Below, piece after piece: positions 1 through 8,553 of a stretch of 32,000 bases of DNA. The notes below the pieces were generated by a model. That model worked only from the letters and a program-made list of their open reading frames with translations. It made no database searches and was not told the DNA's origin. Every line of letters begins with the position of its first letter. Within the stretch, counting starts at the first letter, position 1. A program made the translations under genes and the position numbers. This DNA comes from Flavobacteriaceae bacterium (GTDB lineage Bacteria > Bacteroidota > Bacteroidia > Flavobacteriales > Flavobacteriaceae): positions 1,440,001 to 1,472,000 of the forward strand of contig OZ245049.1 of the NCBI GenBank assembly GCA_965224465.1. The letters run 5' to 3'.

Positions 1-177
1 CAATCCTGCAATTATTTTTAATAAGGTAGATTTCCCTGAACCATTCAATCCTAGAATACCAATCTTAGCTCCGTAAAAGAAACTCAAATAAATATTTTTC
101 AACACAGGCTTGTTTGCACTTGCATACGCCTTGGTTACTCCAGACATGGAGAATATTATTTTTTTATCGTCTGCCAT
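1..177 (-). CDS. ettA: Energy-dependent translational throttle protein EttA (ABC-F ATPase), first 59 codons only; gene runs off the left edge
   Basis: Minus-strand translation from the ATG at 177-175 gives [59 protein letters not shown]. This is the typical EttA N-terminus with Walker [10 protein letters not shown]. It is absent from the ORF track because the window edge truncates it. Confidence 0.8.
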   Translation of the reverse strand, partial: MADDKKIIFSMSGVTKAYASANKPVLKNIYLSFFYGAKIGILGLNGSGKSTLLKIIAGL

Positions 178-202
178 TTTTATTTTTTTATCACTTGAAC
201 TG

Positions 203-210
203 CAAAAGTA
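203..210 (-). promoter_or_regulatory. Candidate Bacteroidota -7 promoter box (TACTTTTG) for ettA
   Basis: The minus strand reads TACTTTTG, a perfect match to the Bacteroidetes -7 consensus TAnnTTTG, about 25 nt upstream of the ettA ATG. No clear -33 TTG. Confidence 0.3.
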
Positions 211-223
211 CGGAATTTAGCGC

Positions 224-254
224 AGAAAAAAACACCTCAATACCTTGAGGTGTT
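224..254 (-). terminator. Rho-independent terminator, second (distal) copy of a duplicated module
   Basis: Stem AACACCTCAA (231-240) / TTGAGGTGTT (245-254) with loop TACC. It is followed on the minus strand by a T-run (A-run 226-230 on plus). Nearly identical to the hairpin at 372-395. Confidence 0.55.
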
Positions 255-365
255 TTGAAAACTTAAAAAGTGCTTTTTAAAGCGATTTTACCGCATTTTT
301 TTTAAGGATTGTTTTCGTTTTAAGAATTTCCTGTAAAATTAAAAATATATTTAAAATACTCACCA

Positions 366-395
366 AGAAAAAACACCTCAATACCTTGAGGTGTT
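366..395 (-). terminator. Rho-independent terminator of aceA
   Basis: 10-bp stem AACACCTCAA (372-381) / TTGAGGTGTT (386-395) with loop TACC. A T-run follows on the minus strand. It starts about 30 nt downstream of the aceA stop at 425. Confidence 0.7.
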
Positions 396-424
396 TAAAA
401 AACTTAAACTTAAAATACAATCGA

Positions 425-1702
425 TTAAAATTGTGCTGTTTCTGTAGAATCTTTCATTGCTACAGTAGATGATTTACCTGCGGTTACCGTATTTTGAACA
501 GCATCAAAATAGGTAGTCCCCACAAAACTTTGGTGTTTTACAGCTTTAAACCCATCTTTTTGCAAGGCAAATTCACGCTCTTGTAATTCTGAGTATCCTG
601 CCATACCACGTTCTTTATATGCTTTAGACAATTCAAACATGCTTGTATTCAAGGCATGGAATCCTGCCAAAGTGATGAATTGAAATTTATAGCCCATCGC
701 TGCTAAGTCCTCTCTAAATGTTTCCATTTCGGCTACCGATAATTTTGCTGCCCAGTTAAAACTAGGAGAACAATTATAAGCGAGCATTTTCCCTGGAAAT
801 TCTTTATGAATGGCATCTGCAAATTCACGAGCATATTCTAAATCTGGATTGGAAGTTTCCATCCAAATTAAATCTGCATAAGGTGCATAAGACAATCCTC
901 TATCAATTCCTTGTTTCACCCCATTATTCACATAGAAAAACCCTTCTCCACTACGTTTTCCCGTTATAAATTTATGATCTCTTGGATCTATATCACTTGT
1001 AATTAAATTTGCTGCATCTGCATCTGTACGCGCTACAATTAACGTAGGAGTATCTGAAACATCAGCCGCCAAACGTGCTGCAATCAACTTATTAATAGCT
1101 TCTTGCGTAGGAACCAATACCTTCCCTCCAAGATGTCCACATTTTTTGGCAGAAGATAATTGATCTTCAAAATGTACACCGGCAGCACCCGCAGCAATCA
1201 TCCCTTTCATCAATTCAAAGGCATTTAAATTCCCACCAAATCCTGCTTCTGCATCTGCAACAATAGGGACTAAATAATCTAATTTATCCTTGTCTCCGTT
1301 TACACATTGAATTTGATCGCGGCGCAACAAAGAATTGTTGATTCGCTTCACCACCATAGGTACAGAATTGGCTGGATACAAACTCTGATCTGGATACATC
1401 TCTCCCCCCAAATTAGCATCTGCTGCTACCTGCCAACCACTTAAATAAATAGCGTCAAGTCCTGCTTCTACTTCTTGTACTGCTTGATTCCCTGTCAATG
1501 CGCCCAGCCCTGCCACGAAATCTTGAGTATTCAATTTTTTCCACAATTTTTCGGCGCCCATACGAGCCAATGAATGCTCTATATGATAAGAACCCCGTAA
1601 TGTAATCACTTCTTCTGCCGTATAAGGTCTCTTAATTCCTTCCCAACGTGGATTTGTTGCCCAATCTCTTTTTAACTGTTGGATTTTCTCTTCTGTTTTC
1701 AT
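425..1702 (-). CDS. aceA: Isocitrate lyase
   Basis: 425-aa ORF with the ICL signature KKCGHLGGK and a typical N-terminus ([19 protein letters not shown]). Adjacent to malate synthase. Confidence 0.97.
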   Translation of the reverse strand: MKTEEKIQQLKRDWATNPRWEGIKRPYTAEEVITLRGSYHIEHSLARMGAEKLWKKLNTQDFVAGLGALTGNQAVQEVEAGLDAIYLSGWQVAADANLGGEMYPDQSLYPANSVPMVVKRINNSLLRRDQIQCVNGDKDKLDYLVPIVADAEAGFGGNLNAFELMKGMIAAGAAGVHFEDQLSSAKKCGHLGGKVLVPTQEAINKLIAARLAADVSDTPTLIVARTDADAANLITSDIDPRDHKFITGKRSGEGFFYVNNGVKQGIDRGLSYAPYADLIWMETSNPDLEYAREFADAIHKEFPGKMLAYNCSPSFNWAAKLSVAEMETFREDLAAMGYKFQFITLAGFHALNTSMFELSKAYKERGMAGYSELQEREFALQKDGFKAVKHQSFVGTTYFDAVQNTVTAGKSSTVAMKDSTETAQF

Positions 1703-1741
1703 AAGTTTGCGTGCATTTATTTTTTTAAATTATTCTTGCTT

Positions 1742-1781
1742 AACCACCCTTTAATTTTGCGGTTTCCGGGTGGTTTTTTTT
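1742..1781 (+). other. Intercistronic stem-loop between aceB and aceA with terminator geometry on the plus (antisense) strand
   Basis: 8-bp GC-rich stem AACCACCC (1742-1749) / GGGTGGTT (1768-1775) followed by a T-run on the plus strand. On the coding (minus) strand the hairpin is preceded by an A-run and not followed by Ts. Confidence 0.35.
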
Positions 1782-3378
1782 ATAGTATTTCGTACCCTTT
1801 AAGAGTTAAAAATTCTTCATATATTTCCGATATTACGAAGCTATCAAATAGCTCTATTCCTTCGTCAAACCTCCCTTGACTAAAGCGTTCTTCTCCTAAC
1901 ATGTTTTTAATTTTTTCAATTTCTTCTTTTAATAACTCTTTGTATAATTCTTTGGTAAAATTTCGTCCATCTTCTATCCTGACTTCATGATGTAACCACA
2001 ACCACAATTGGGTTCTAGAAATTTCTGCTGTTGCTGCATCTTCCATCAGATTGTAAAGTGCCGCAGCTCCTACTCCTCTAAGCCAAGATTCAACATACAA
2101 TATCCCAACATTTATATTCTCTCTAATTCCTTTTTCTGTGACCGTCCCAACTGGTTGCTCCACCAATTCCTTTTCTGTAATATTAAGATCCAAGCGCTTG
2201 TTAGAAATTTGGTTATCCTGAGGCATGTACTTGTCAAAAATATCCATGGCAATTTTTACCAAGCCTGGATGCGCAACCCAAGTGCCATCATGCCCATTCT
2301 TCACCTCTCTTAATTTATCATTGAGTACTTTATCAAAGGCTCTGTTATTTGCAGACTCATCATTTTTTACGGGAATCTGTGCTGCCATACCACCAATAGC
2401 ATGTACATTTCTTTTGTGACAACGTTGAATTACCCGTAAGGAATAGGCTTCCATAAAAGGAGTAGCCATTGAAATTTGAGAACGATCTGGCACCGAAAAC
2501 CCAGGGTGATTCCTGAATTTTTTGATATATGAAAATATATAGTCCCATCGCCCACAATTTAGTCCTGCCATATGATTTCTGAGTTCATAAATAATTTCAT
2601 CTATCTGAAAACTCGCTGTGATGGTCTCTATCAATACGGTTGCTTTGATTGTTTTTTGGTTGATTCCTAAATAATCTTGACTGAATTCAAAAATTTCGTT
2701 CCACCAACGTGCTTCTAAATAATGCTCTAATTTAGGCAGGTAAAAATAAGGTCCCGATCCATTGCTTATGAGTTGTTTTGCATTGTGAAAAAAGTAAAGT
2801 CCAAAATCAAACAAAGAAGCTGAAAATTCCTGATCGTTCACAATCACATGCTTTTCATTCAAATGTAAACCTCTTGGACGTACTAGCAACGTAGCTATCG
2901 TATCGTTTAATGCATACCTTTTTCCTGCCTCGTTGGTAAAATCAATTTGACGATGAATTGCATCTTTTAAATTTACCTGCCCTTCTAAATTATTTTTCCA
3001 TGTAGGTGCATTGCTATCTTCAAAATCTGCCATAAATACTTTGGCACCAGAATTTAGTGCATTAACAATCATTTTACGATCTACAGGGCCTGTAATTTCT
3101 ACACGTCTATCTAACAAATCCATTGGTAAAGGAGCTGCCACCCAATCTCCTTGCCTAATCTGCAAGGTTTCTCTTGGAAACTCAGGAAACTTACCCGTAT
3201 CAAAAATACGTTGTTGATTTTCTCTCCTTTCTAATAGCTCCAATCGCTCAGAATTAAACTTCTCATGCAAACAGACTAAAAAACTCAAGGCTTCACTTGT
3301 TAAAATTTCAGGGTAATAATTCTTAATACCTTTTGTAAAAGATATATTTTGAATGCTAATTTCAGTCTCTTTTCTCAT
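1780..3378 (-). CDS. aceB: Malate synthase A
   Basis: 532-aa ORF, full-length similarity by eye to malate synthase A (e.g. FMADFEDSNAPTW, GLNCGRWDYIFS). 77 nt upstream of aceA on the same strand. Confidence 0.97.
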   Translation of the reverse strand: MRKETEISIQNISFTKGIKNYYPEILTSEALSFLVCLHEKFNSERLELLERRENQQRIFDTGKFPEFPRETLQIRQGDWVAAPLPMDLLDRRVEITGPVDRKMIVNALNSGAKVFMADFEDSNAPTWKNNLEGQVNLKDAIHRQIDFTNEAGKRYALNDTIATLLVRPRGLHLNEKHVIVNDQEFSASLFDFGLYFFHNAKQLISNGSGPYFYLPKLEHYLEARWWNEIFEFSQDYLGINQKTIKATVLIETITASFQIDEIIYELRNHMAGLNCGRWDYIFSYIKKFRNHPGFSVPDRSQISMATPFMEAYSLRVIQRCHKRNVHAIGGMAAQIPVKNDESANNRAFDKVLNDKLREVKNGHDGTWVAHPGLVKIAMDIFDKYMPQDNQISNKRLDLNITEKELVEQPVGTVTEKGIRENINVGILYVESWLRGVGAAALYNLMEDAATAEISRTQLWLWLHHEVRIEDGRNFTKELYKELLKEEIEKIKNMLGEERFSQGRFDEGIELFDSFVISEIYEEFLTLKGYEIL

Positions 3379-3432
3379 CTTTATCTATTTAATTTTAAAC
3401 ATTTTAAAGTGCAATTATTCTCTTTCTTAAAA

Positions 3433-3463
3433 CAAACATATAAAAAAGGATTCAATAAAACAA
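3433..3463 (-). promoter_or_regulatory. Candidate aceBA promoter: -7 box TATGTTTG (3433-3440) and -33 TTG (3461-3463)
   Basis: The minus strand reads TTG, a 20-nt spacer, then TATGTTTG. The -7 element is a perfect TAnnTTTG. It lies about 55 nt upstream of the aceB ATG. Confidence 0.35.
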
Positions 3464-3476
3464 GCGAACGTTCGCT
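3463..3476. promoter_or_regulatory. Perfect 14-bp palindrome AGCGAACGTTCGCT, candidate operator in the aceB / regulator divergent region
   Basis: Perfect inverted repeat AGCGAAC|GTTCGCT, unique in the window. It abuts or overlaps the putative -33 TTG of aceBA and lies 57 nt upstream of the regulator ATG. Confidence 0.45.
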
Positions 3477-3520
3477 AAATTATACATATTCACTTATTTT
3501 TATTATTTCGCTAAAAACCA

Positions 3521-3528
3521 TACCTTTG
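3521..3528 (+). promoter_or_regulatory. Candidate -7 box TACCTTTG immediately upstream of the regulator ATG (possible leaderless transcript)
   Basis: Perfect TAnnTTTG match ending 4 nt before the ATG at 3533. No convincing -33. Confidence 0.25.
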
Positions 3529-3532
3529 AAAT

Positions 3533-5017
3533 ATGAATATCGAAGCTGCATACATTAGAATAATTTTCGGATTAAAATTAAAGCAAATCAGAACCGAAAG
3601 AAAACTTTCACTATTCGGGCTTTCAAAGCTCACAAAAATCTCAAAATCATACCTTAACGAAATTGAAAAGGGAAAGAAATACCCTAAAACGGATAAAATT
3701 GCTATACTTTCTAATTCTTTAGAGGTGTCCTATGATGATATGGTATCGCTTAAATTAGATAAAAACCTAGCGCCTTTAGGAGAAATTTTACAATCCAATA
3801 TCCTCAAAGAAATCCCCTTAGACTTATTTGGCATACAAGAATCTGACTTAATAGACATTATTTCTAACGCTCCAGCTAAGGTAAATGCCTTTATAAGCAC
3901 CTTAATAGAGATTGCTCAAAATTATAATTTATCTAGAGAGCGTTTTTTCTTAGCCGCTTTAAGATCTTATCAAGAAGCACATAATAATTATTTTGAAGAC
4001 ATAGAACTGGCTGTTAAAAAATTCACCAAAGCCTATCAGGTAAATAGAACACAAAAAATAAACAGTTCCGATTTAAAAGAGATCCTAATCGAAGAATTTG
4101 AATACACCATATTAAAAGACGGCTTAAAAGACTATGACAATTTAAAAGAACTGCGCTGCATTTTTATTCCAAAAACAAAGACCTTATTATTAAGCAACAC
4201 AATAGATGAATCTCAAATTACTTTTATTTACGCCAAAGAGATCGCTTATAATTATTTAGAATTAAGTGAACGACTATACACTTTTCCATGGATAAATTTT
4301 GATTCCTTTGATCAAGTCCTCAATAATTTTTTGGCATCTTATTTTGCAGGAGCACTGATCATACCAAAAAAAGCAATTGAAAAACAATTGACACGTTTTT
4401 TTAAATTAGAAACCTGGGATGCAACAGTTTTTAATAAAATGATTCTGAAATTCACAGATTCACCAGAAACATATTACCAAAGGCTGACAAATATTTTACC
4501 GAAATCTTTTAATTTAAAGAACCTATTCTTTATTCGTTTCACCAATAAGATAGGACAAACGCGTTATCATTTAAGCAAGGAACTACACATCACCCAACAA
4601 CAACCACCACATGCCAATGAAGTCCATGAACATTATTGCAGAAGATGGGTATCTATACACACCTTTAACGGATTAAAAAACACTCCTGAAACTCCTATAA
4701 AAACAGATCTTCAGATTTCGTTTTACCCAGAAAACAACTTGAGCTACCTAGTTATAACCTCAGCCACAAGTGATCCTTTTAAAGAAAACCACAACAGGAG
4801 TATTAGTATTGGCTTACTGATATCGACACAGTTAAAAAACAAATTACAATTTTTAAAAGACACAAAAATCACCACAAGACATGTTGGCGTAACTTGCGAA
4901 CGCTGCCCCATTAAAGATTGTGACGAACGAGTCTCGGAAGCTGTAGAATTAATAAAAGCAGCCAAACATGCAGAAATTGAAATGGCGGTATTAAAAATAA
5001 CGCAAGGATTTTCGTAG
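3533..5017 (+). CDS. XRE-family HTH regulator with ImmA/IrrE-like central domain and Cys-rich C-terminus (RamB / PrpR, short-chain fatty acyl-CoA regulator type)
   Basis: 494 aa. N-terminal HTH (LKQIRTERKLSLFGLSKLTKISKSYLNEIEKGKKYP), a long central domain, and C-terminal cysteines (HYCRRW, CERCPIKDCDER). Transcribed divergently from aceBA, the genomic context known for RamB/PrpR-type regulators. Confidence 0.75.
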   Translation: MNIEAAYIRIIFGLKLKQIRTERKLSLFGLSKLTKISKSYLNEIEKGKKYPKTDKIAILSNSLEVSYDDMVSLKLDKNLAPLGEILQSNILKEIPLDLFGIQESDLIDIISNAPAKVNAFISTLIEIAQNYNLSRERFFLAALRSYQEAHNNYFEDIELAVKKFTKAYQVNRTQKINSSDLKEILIEEFEYTILKDGLKDYDNLKELRCIFIPKTKTLLLSNTIDESQITFIYAKEIAYNYLELSERLYTFPWINFDSFDQVLNNFLASYFAGALIIPKKAIEKQLTRFFKLETWDATVFNKMILKFTDSPETYYQRLTNILPKSFNLKNLFFIRFTNKIGQTRYHLSKELHITQQQPPHANEVHEHYCRRWVSIHTFNGLKNTPETPIKTDLQISFYPENNLSYLVITSATSDPFKENHNRSISIGLLISTQLKNKLQFLKDTKITTRHVGVTCERCPIKDCDERVSEAVELIKAAKHAEIEMAVLKITQGFS

Positions 5018-5070
5018 GGAGAAAGAAACCAAACACTTTATAAATCAAACTACTACGACAGTCTGAACCT

Positions 5071-5103
5071 AAAAAAGCCTGCACTTAAAAAGTTCAGGCT
5101 TTT
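5071..5103. terminator. Bidirectional-looking terminator hairpin shared by the regulator (+) and the glp operon (-)
   Basis: Stem AAGCCTG (5075-5081) / CAGGCTT (5095-5101), with an A-run before and a T-run after. Confidence 0.5.
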
Positions 5104-5124
5104 ACAATCAAAACTGTGTAATAA

Positions 5125-5270
5125 TACCAAATACATCTACTAGTGACGGTTTAGATATAGAATTATTTTTTGTTTTAGCTAGGTAAAAAAACTAAGGATA
5201 GCCTTAGTTTTTAACAACGCAAAAACGTATAAAAACTATTTATATCGGTCCTTTTGGAGTGTAATTGGTA
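5125..5270 (-). repeat. MITE-like repeat, full-length copy (146 bp)
   Basis: Termini TACCAAATACA / TGTAATTGGTA, central hairpin CTAAGGATAGCCTTAG (5192-5207), core CTATTTATATCGG (reverse orientation). Aligns end to end with 24157-24317. Confidence 0.8.
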
Positions 5271-5285
5271 ACACACACTTCACTA

Positions 5286-5993
5286 TTAAAACAAACTAAC
5301 AGCTAACTGTACTGATGCTTGATCCAATACCATATTATACCCTAATGTAGCAGAGACTGGGAATTTTTTATCAGCAAACACAAGCGTTTTACCTACTATT
5401 AACCCGACATTGGAAATTCCAATATTCTTATCACCATACAACATCGTTTCCGCATCACCATTTAAAGCAAAAGCTGGAGAAATATAAGGCGTTACCGTAA
5501 TTTTCTCTAAACGAATAGGAAAAGCAAGGTTTACGAATGTGGAATACCTTTGAAGATCCACACCTTCTCTATCATTCCCATATATTACAGTTGCTACTGA
5601 CAAATGCATAAAGGAAAAACGATAGCCTAACTGAATATCTAAAGTATGTAACGTCTCATTTTCGTCATAATTAAAATACTTAGGATCATCTACTCCAGAA
5701 AAATTAAAGATATCCCTAAACGTCACTTCAAAGTTCTCTTTTTTATATGAAATAATATTTGTAACCTCTTTATATTTCCCATCTATACTAAGGCCTCCCC
5801 ATGCATAGGCAGAAAAATGATCTCCGAAATACCCCACTGAAGTAGCGGTCATCACAGCTTCTGTAACTCTCAAACCTCTCCAATAATGCATAGATTTAGC
5901 CTGAACGCTTAAATCAAAACGACCTTGTGACTGTACACTTGTATAGCAACATATCAATGCTATTACAAAACAAATTTTAGTATGTATTTTCAT
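5286..5993 (-). CDS. Putative outer-membrane beta-barrel protein co-transcribed with glpF
   Basis: 235 aa with a signal peptide (MKIHTKICFVIALICCYTSVQSQ), alternating hydrophobic pattern and a C-terminal aromatic residue (SLF). 10-nt gap to glpF. Confidence 0.6.
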   Translation of the reverse strand: MKIHTKICFVIALICCYTSVQSQGRFDLSVQAKSMHYWRGLRVTEAVMTATSVGYFGDHFSAYAWGGLSIDGKYKEVTNIISYKKENFEVTFRDIFNFSGVDDPKYFNYDENETLHTLDIQLGYRFSFMHLSVATVIYGNDREGVDLQRYSTFVNLAFPIRLEKITVTPYISPAFALNGDAETMLYGDKNIGISNVGLIVGKTLVFADKKFPVSATLGYNMVLDQASVQLAVSLF

Positions 5994-6003
5994 TTTTTTT
6001 AAT

Positions 6004-6738
6004 TTAAAGAATTACAGTATATAATAATGCCGCTAAAACGGTTCCGATAATTGGCCCTAGAATAGGAATCCATGCATATCCCCAATCACTTTTCCCTTTA
6101 AGAGGCAAGATTGAATGCATAATTCTCGGTCCTAAATCACGTGCTGGATTGATAGCATACCCTGTAGTACCACCTAAAGACAAACCAATTACCCATACAA
6201 GAAACGCAACAGGAATAGCCCCTACAGAACCCAGACCAATAACAGCTCCTTTATCTACAGCGATATCAATAGACGGCCCTGCAATAAAAAATATCACAAA
6301 CATCAATACAAACGTCCCTATAATTTCACTTATAATATTAGAAAACTTATTACGTATTGCTGGTCCTGTACTAAAACAAGCCAGTACTCCACCTTCATCA
6401 TCTGTGGCTTTAAAATGATCTCTATAGACAAGCCACACTAAAAACGCCCCAAGCATTGCTCCCATCATTTCCCCTGCAATATATTCTGGAACTAAGTCCC
6501 AAGACAACTTACCTGCTGCAGCTAAACCTACCGTAACAGCAGGATTTAAATGCGCACCACTATATGGCCCAGCTACAATTACTCCTACAAAAACTGCCAG
6601 AGCCCAACCTGTAGTGATAACAATCCATCCAGAATTATTACCTTTTGTTCCTTTAAGAACAACATTTGCTACAACTCCGTTTCCTAATAAAATAAGAAAC
6701 ATTGTTCCAATTAACTCTGCTATAAAAATTGATGACAT
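6004..6738 (-). CDS. glpF: Aquaglyceroporin / glycerol uptake facilitator (MIP family)
   Basis: 244 aa with two NPA boxes (HLNPAVT, INPARDLGPR). Located next to glpK. Confidence 0.95.
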   Translation of the reverse strand: MSSIFIAELIGTMFLILLGNGVVANVVLKGTKGNNSGWIVITTGWALAVFVGVIVAGPYSGAHLNPAVTVGLAAAGKLSWDLVPEYIAGEMMGAMLGAFLVWLVYRDHFKATDDEGGVLACFSTGPAIRNKFSNIISEIIGTFVLMFVIFFIAGPSIDIAVDKGAVIGLGSVGAIPVAFLVWVIGLSLGGTTGYAINPARDLGPRIMHSILPLKGKSDWGYAWIPILGPIIGTVLAALLYTVIL

Positions 6739-6765
6739 ATTTATAAATTTTGAAAATTAAATTGT

Positions 6766-8262
6766 TTATTCCTCTATCCAGTTTTGAGCACACGAAACGG
6801 CTTTCTTCCAATAATGCAACATACCCTCAATTTTTTCCAAATCATCAGAAGGTTTAAATTCACGATCTACAACCCATTGAGTTTGAATCTCTTCTACACT
6901 GTCCCAATACCCTACAGCTAAACCAGCCAAATAAGCAGCTCCTAAAGCAGTAGTTTCTAATGTTTTTGGACGTAAAATATTAAAACCAAATAAATCCGAT
7001 TGTATCTGCATTAGCAAATCACTCGCGGCTGCCCCACCATCTACACGCAATTCGATGCTCTTACCATCAAAGTCTGCCTCCATTGCTTTTACGACATCGT
7101 ACACCTGAAATGCAATTCCTTCTAGAGCAGCACGCGCTATATGCGCATCTGTAGTCCCCCTAGTTATTCCAACAATAGCACCACGCGCATACTGATCCCA
7201 ATAAGGCGCTCCCATCCCTGTTAAAGCAGGTACAAAATAAACACCTCCATTATCTTCTACAGTTTCTGCTAAGTGATTGATTCCCGGCGCCGTTTTTACC
7301 AATTTAAGTCCATCTCTAAGCCACTGAATTGCCGCACCTCCAACAAACACACTTCCTTCTAAAGCATAGGTTGTTTTTCCTTTAATTTTCCAAGCAATTG
7401 TTGTTAATAAATTATTTTTTGAATAGACTGCTTTCTCCCCTGTATTCATCAACAAGAAACATCCAGTCCCGTACGTGTTTTTTACCATCCCTGGCTTGGT
7501 ACACATTTGACCAAACAATGCTGCTTGCTGATCTCCTGCAATTCCAGAAATAGGAATTTTTGTAGAAAATAACGTTGTCGCAGTTTCTCCATAAACCTCG
7601 CTACTTTGTTTTACCTCTGGCAGCATAGCCTTAGGAATATTAAAGAGATCCAATAATTCTTGATCCCATTCTAAGGAATGAATATTAAAAAGCATGGTTC
7701 TACTCGCATTAGACACATCTGTAATAAACATTTTGCCTTGTGTAAGTTTCCACACCAACCACGTATCCACAGTTCCAAAGCACAATTTACCAGCCTCTGC
7801 TCTTTCACGCGCTCCTTCTACGTTATCTAAGATCCACTTTAACTTGGTTGCAGAAAAATAAGCATCCAACACCAATCCCGTTTTCTCCTTAATCATTTGC
7901 GCACTTCCACCAGCTTTTAATTCATCACAATACTTTGCTGTCCTACGATCTTGCCACACAATAGCATTGTACAAAGGCTCGCTAGTTTCACGATCCCATA
8001 CAATAGTTGTTTCTCTTTGATTTGTGATACCAATAGCCGCAATTGACTTTCCTGTAATCCCTTCTTTTGCTACTACTTCTGCAGCTACAGATATCTGAGA
8101 CGCCCATATTTCGTTTGGGTCATGCTCTACCCATCCTGGTTTTGGAAAATATTGTTCAAAAGATTTTTGAGAAACTTTTACAATTTCACCTTCGCGGTTA
8201 AATAAAATTGCTCTTGAAGATGTCGTACCTTGATCTAAGGCTAAAATTAATTTATCTTTCAT
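6766..8262 (-). CDS. glpK: Glycerol kinase
   Basis: 498 aa with FGGY kinase motifs ([32 protein letters not shown]). Confidence 0.97.
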   Translation of the reverse strand: MKDKLILALDQGTTSSRAILFNREGEIVKVSQKSFEQYFPKPGWVEHDPNEIWASQISVAAEVVAKEGITGKSIAAIGITNQRETTIVWDRETSEPLYNAIVWQDRRTAKYCDELKAGGSAQMIKEKTGLVLDAYFSATKLKWILDNVEGARERAEAGKLCFGTVDTWLVWKLTQGKMFITDVSNASRTMLFNIHSLEWDQELLDLFNIPKAMLPEVKQSSEVYGETATTLFSTKIPISGIAGDQQAALFGQMCTKPGMVKNTYGTGCFLLMNTGEKAVYSKNNLLTTIAWKIKGKTTYALEGSVFVGGAAIQWLRDGLKLVKTAPGINHLAETVEDNGGVYFVPALTGMGAPYWDQYARGAIVGITRGTTDAHIARAALEGIAFQVYDVVKAMEADFDGKSIELRVDGGAAASDLLMQIQSDLFGFNILRPKTLETTALGAAYLAGLAVGYWDSVEEIQTQWVVDREFKPSDDLEKIEGMLHYWKKAVSCAQNWIEE

Positions 8263-8553
8263 TGTATCTAAATTTGGTTATTATGATTATCACCTTATTC
8301 ATCATAGCTTTTTTAATTAAAAAACACAAAGCACATCTATCTACAACTTACCAGAACAAACCTAACAGTATTTGCTCCATCTATTGAATGCTTCTTAAAA
8401 TGCATCCAATCCTACCTCATCACATTGTGAAAATTCTTATTTATTCCTTATAATTCTTAGAAAAGAAATTCGCAATAGGCTTTCCTATTTAACAGATGTA
8501 AATCAACTTTTTCAACTAATGAACGTCTATTCTATTACGAATTTCAAAACTCT

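Noticed and set aside
3349-3558. Small AT-rich spacer ORFs (3349..3558 +, 10917..11201 +, 16417..16611 -, 16867..17061 -, 22323..22589 -)
   Set aside because: They span promoter or spacer DNA or overlap the starts and ends of real genes. They are dominated by F/I/K/N/L codons as expected from AT-rich non-coding sequence. 22323..22589 runs through a repeat copy.
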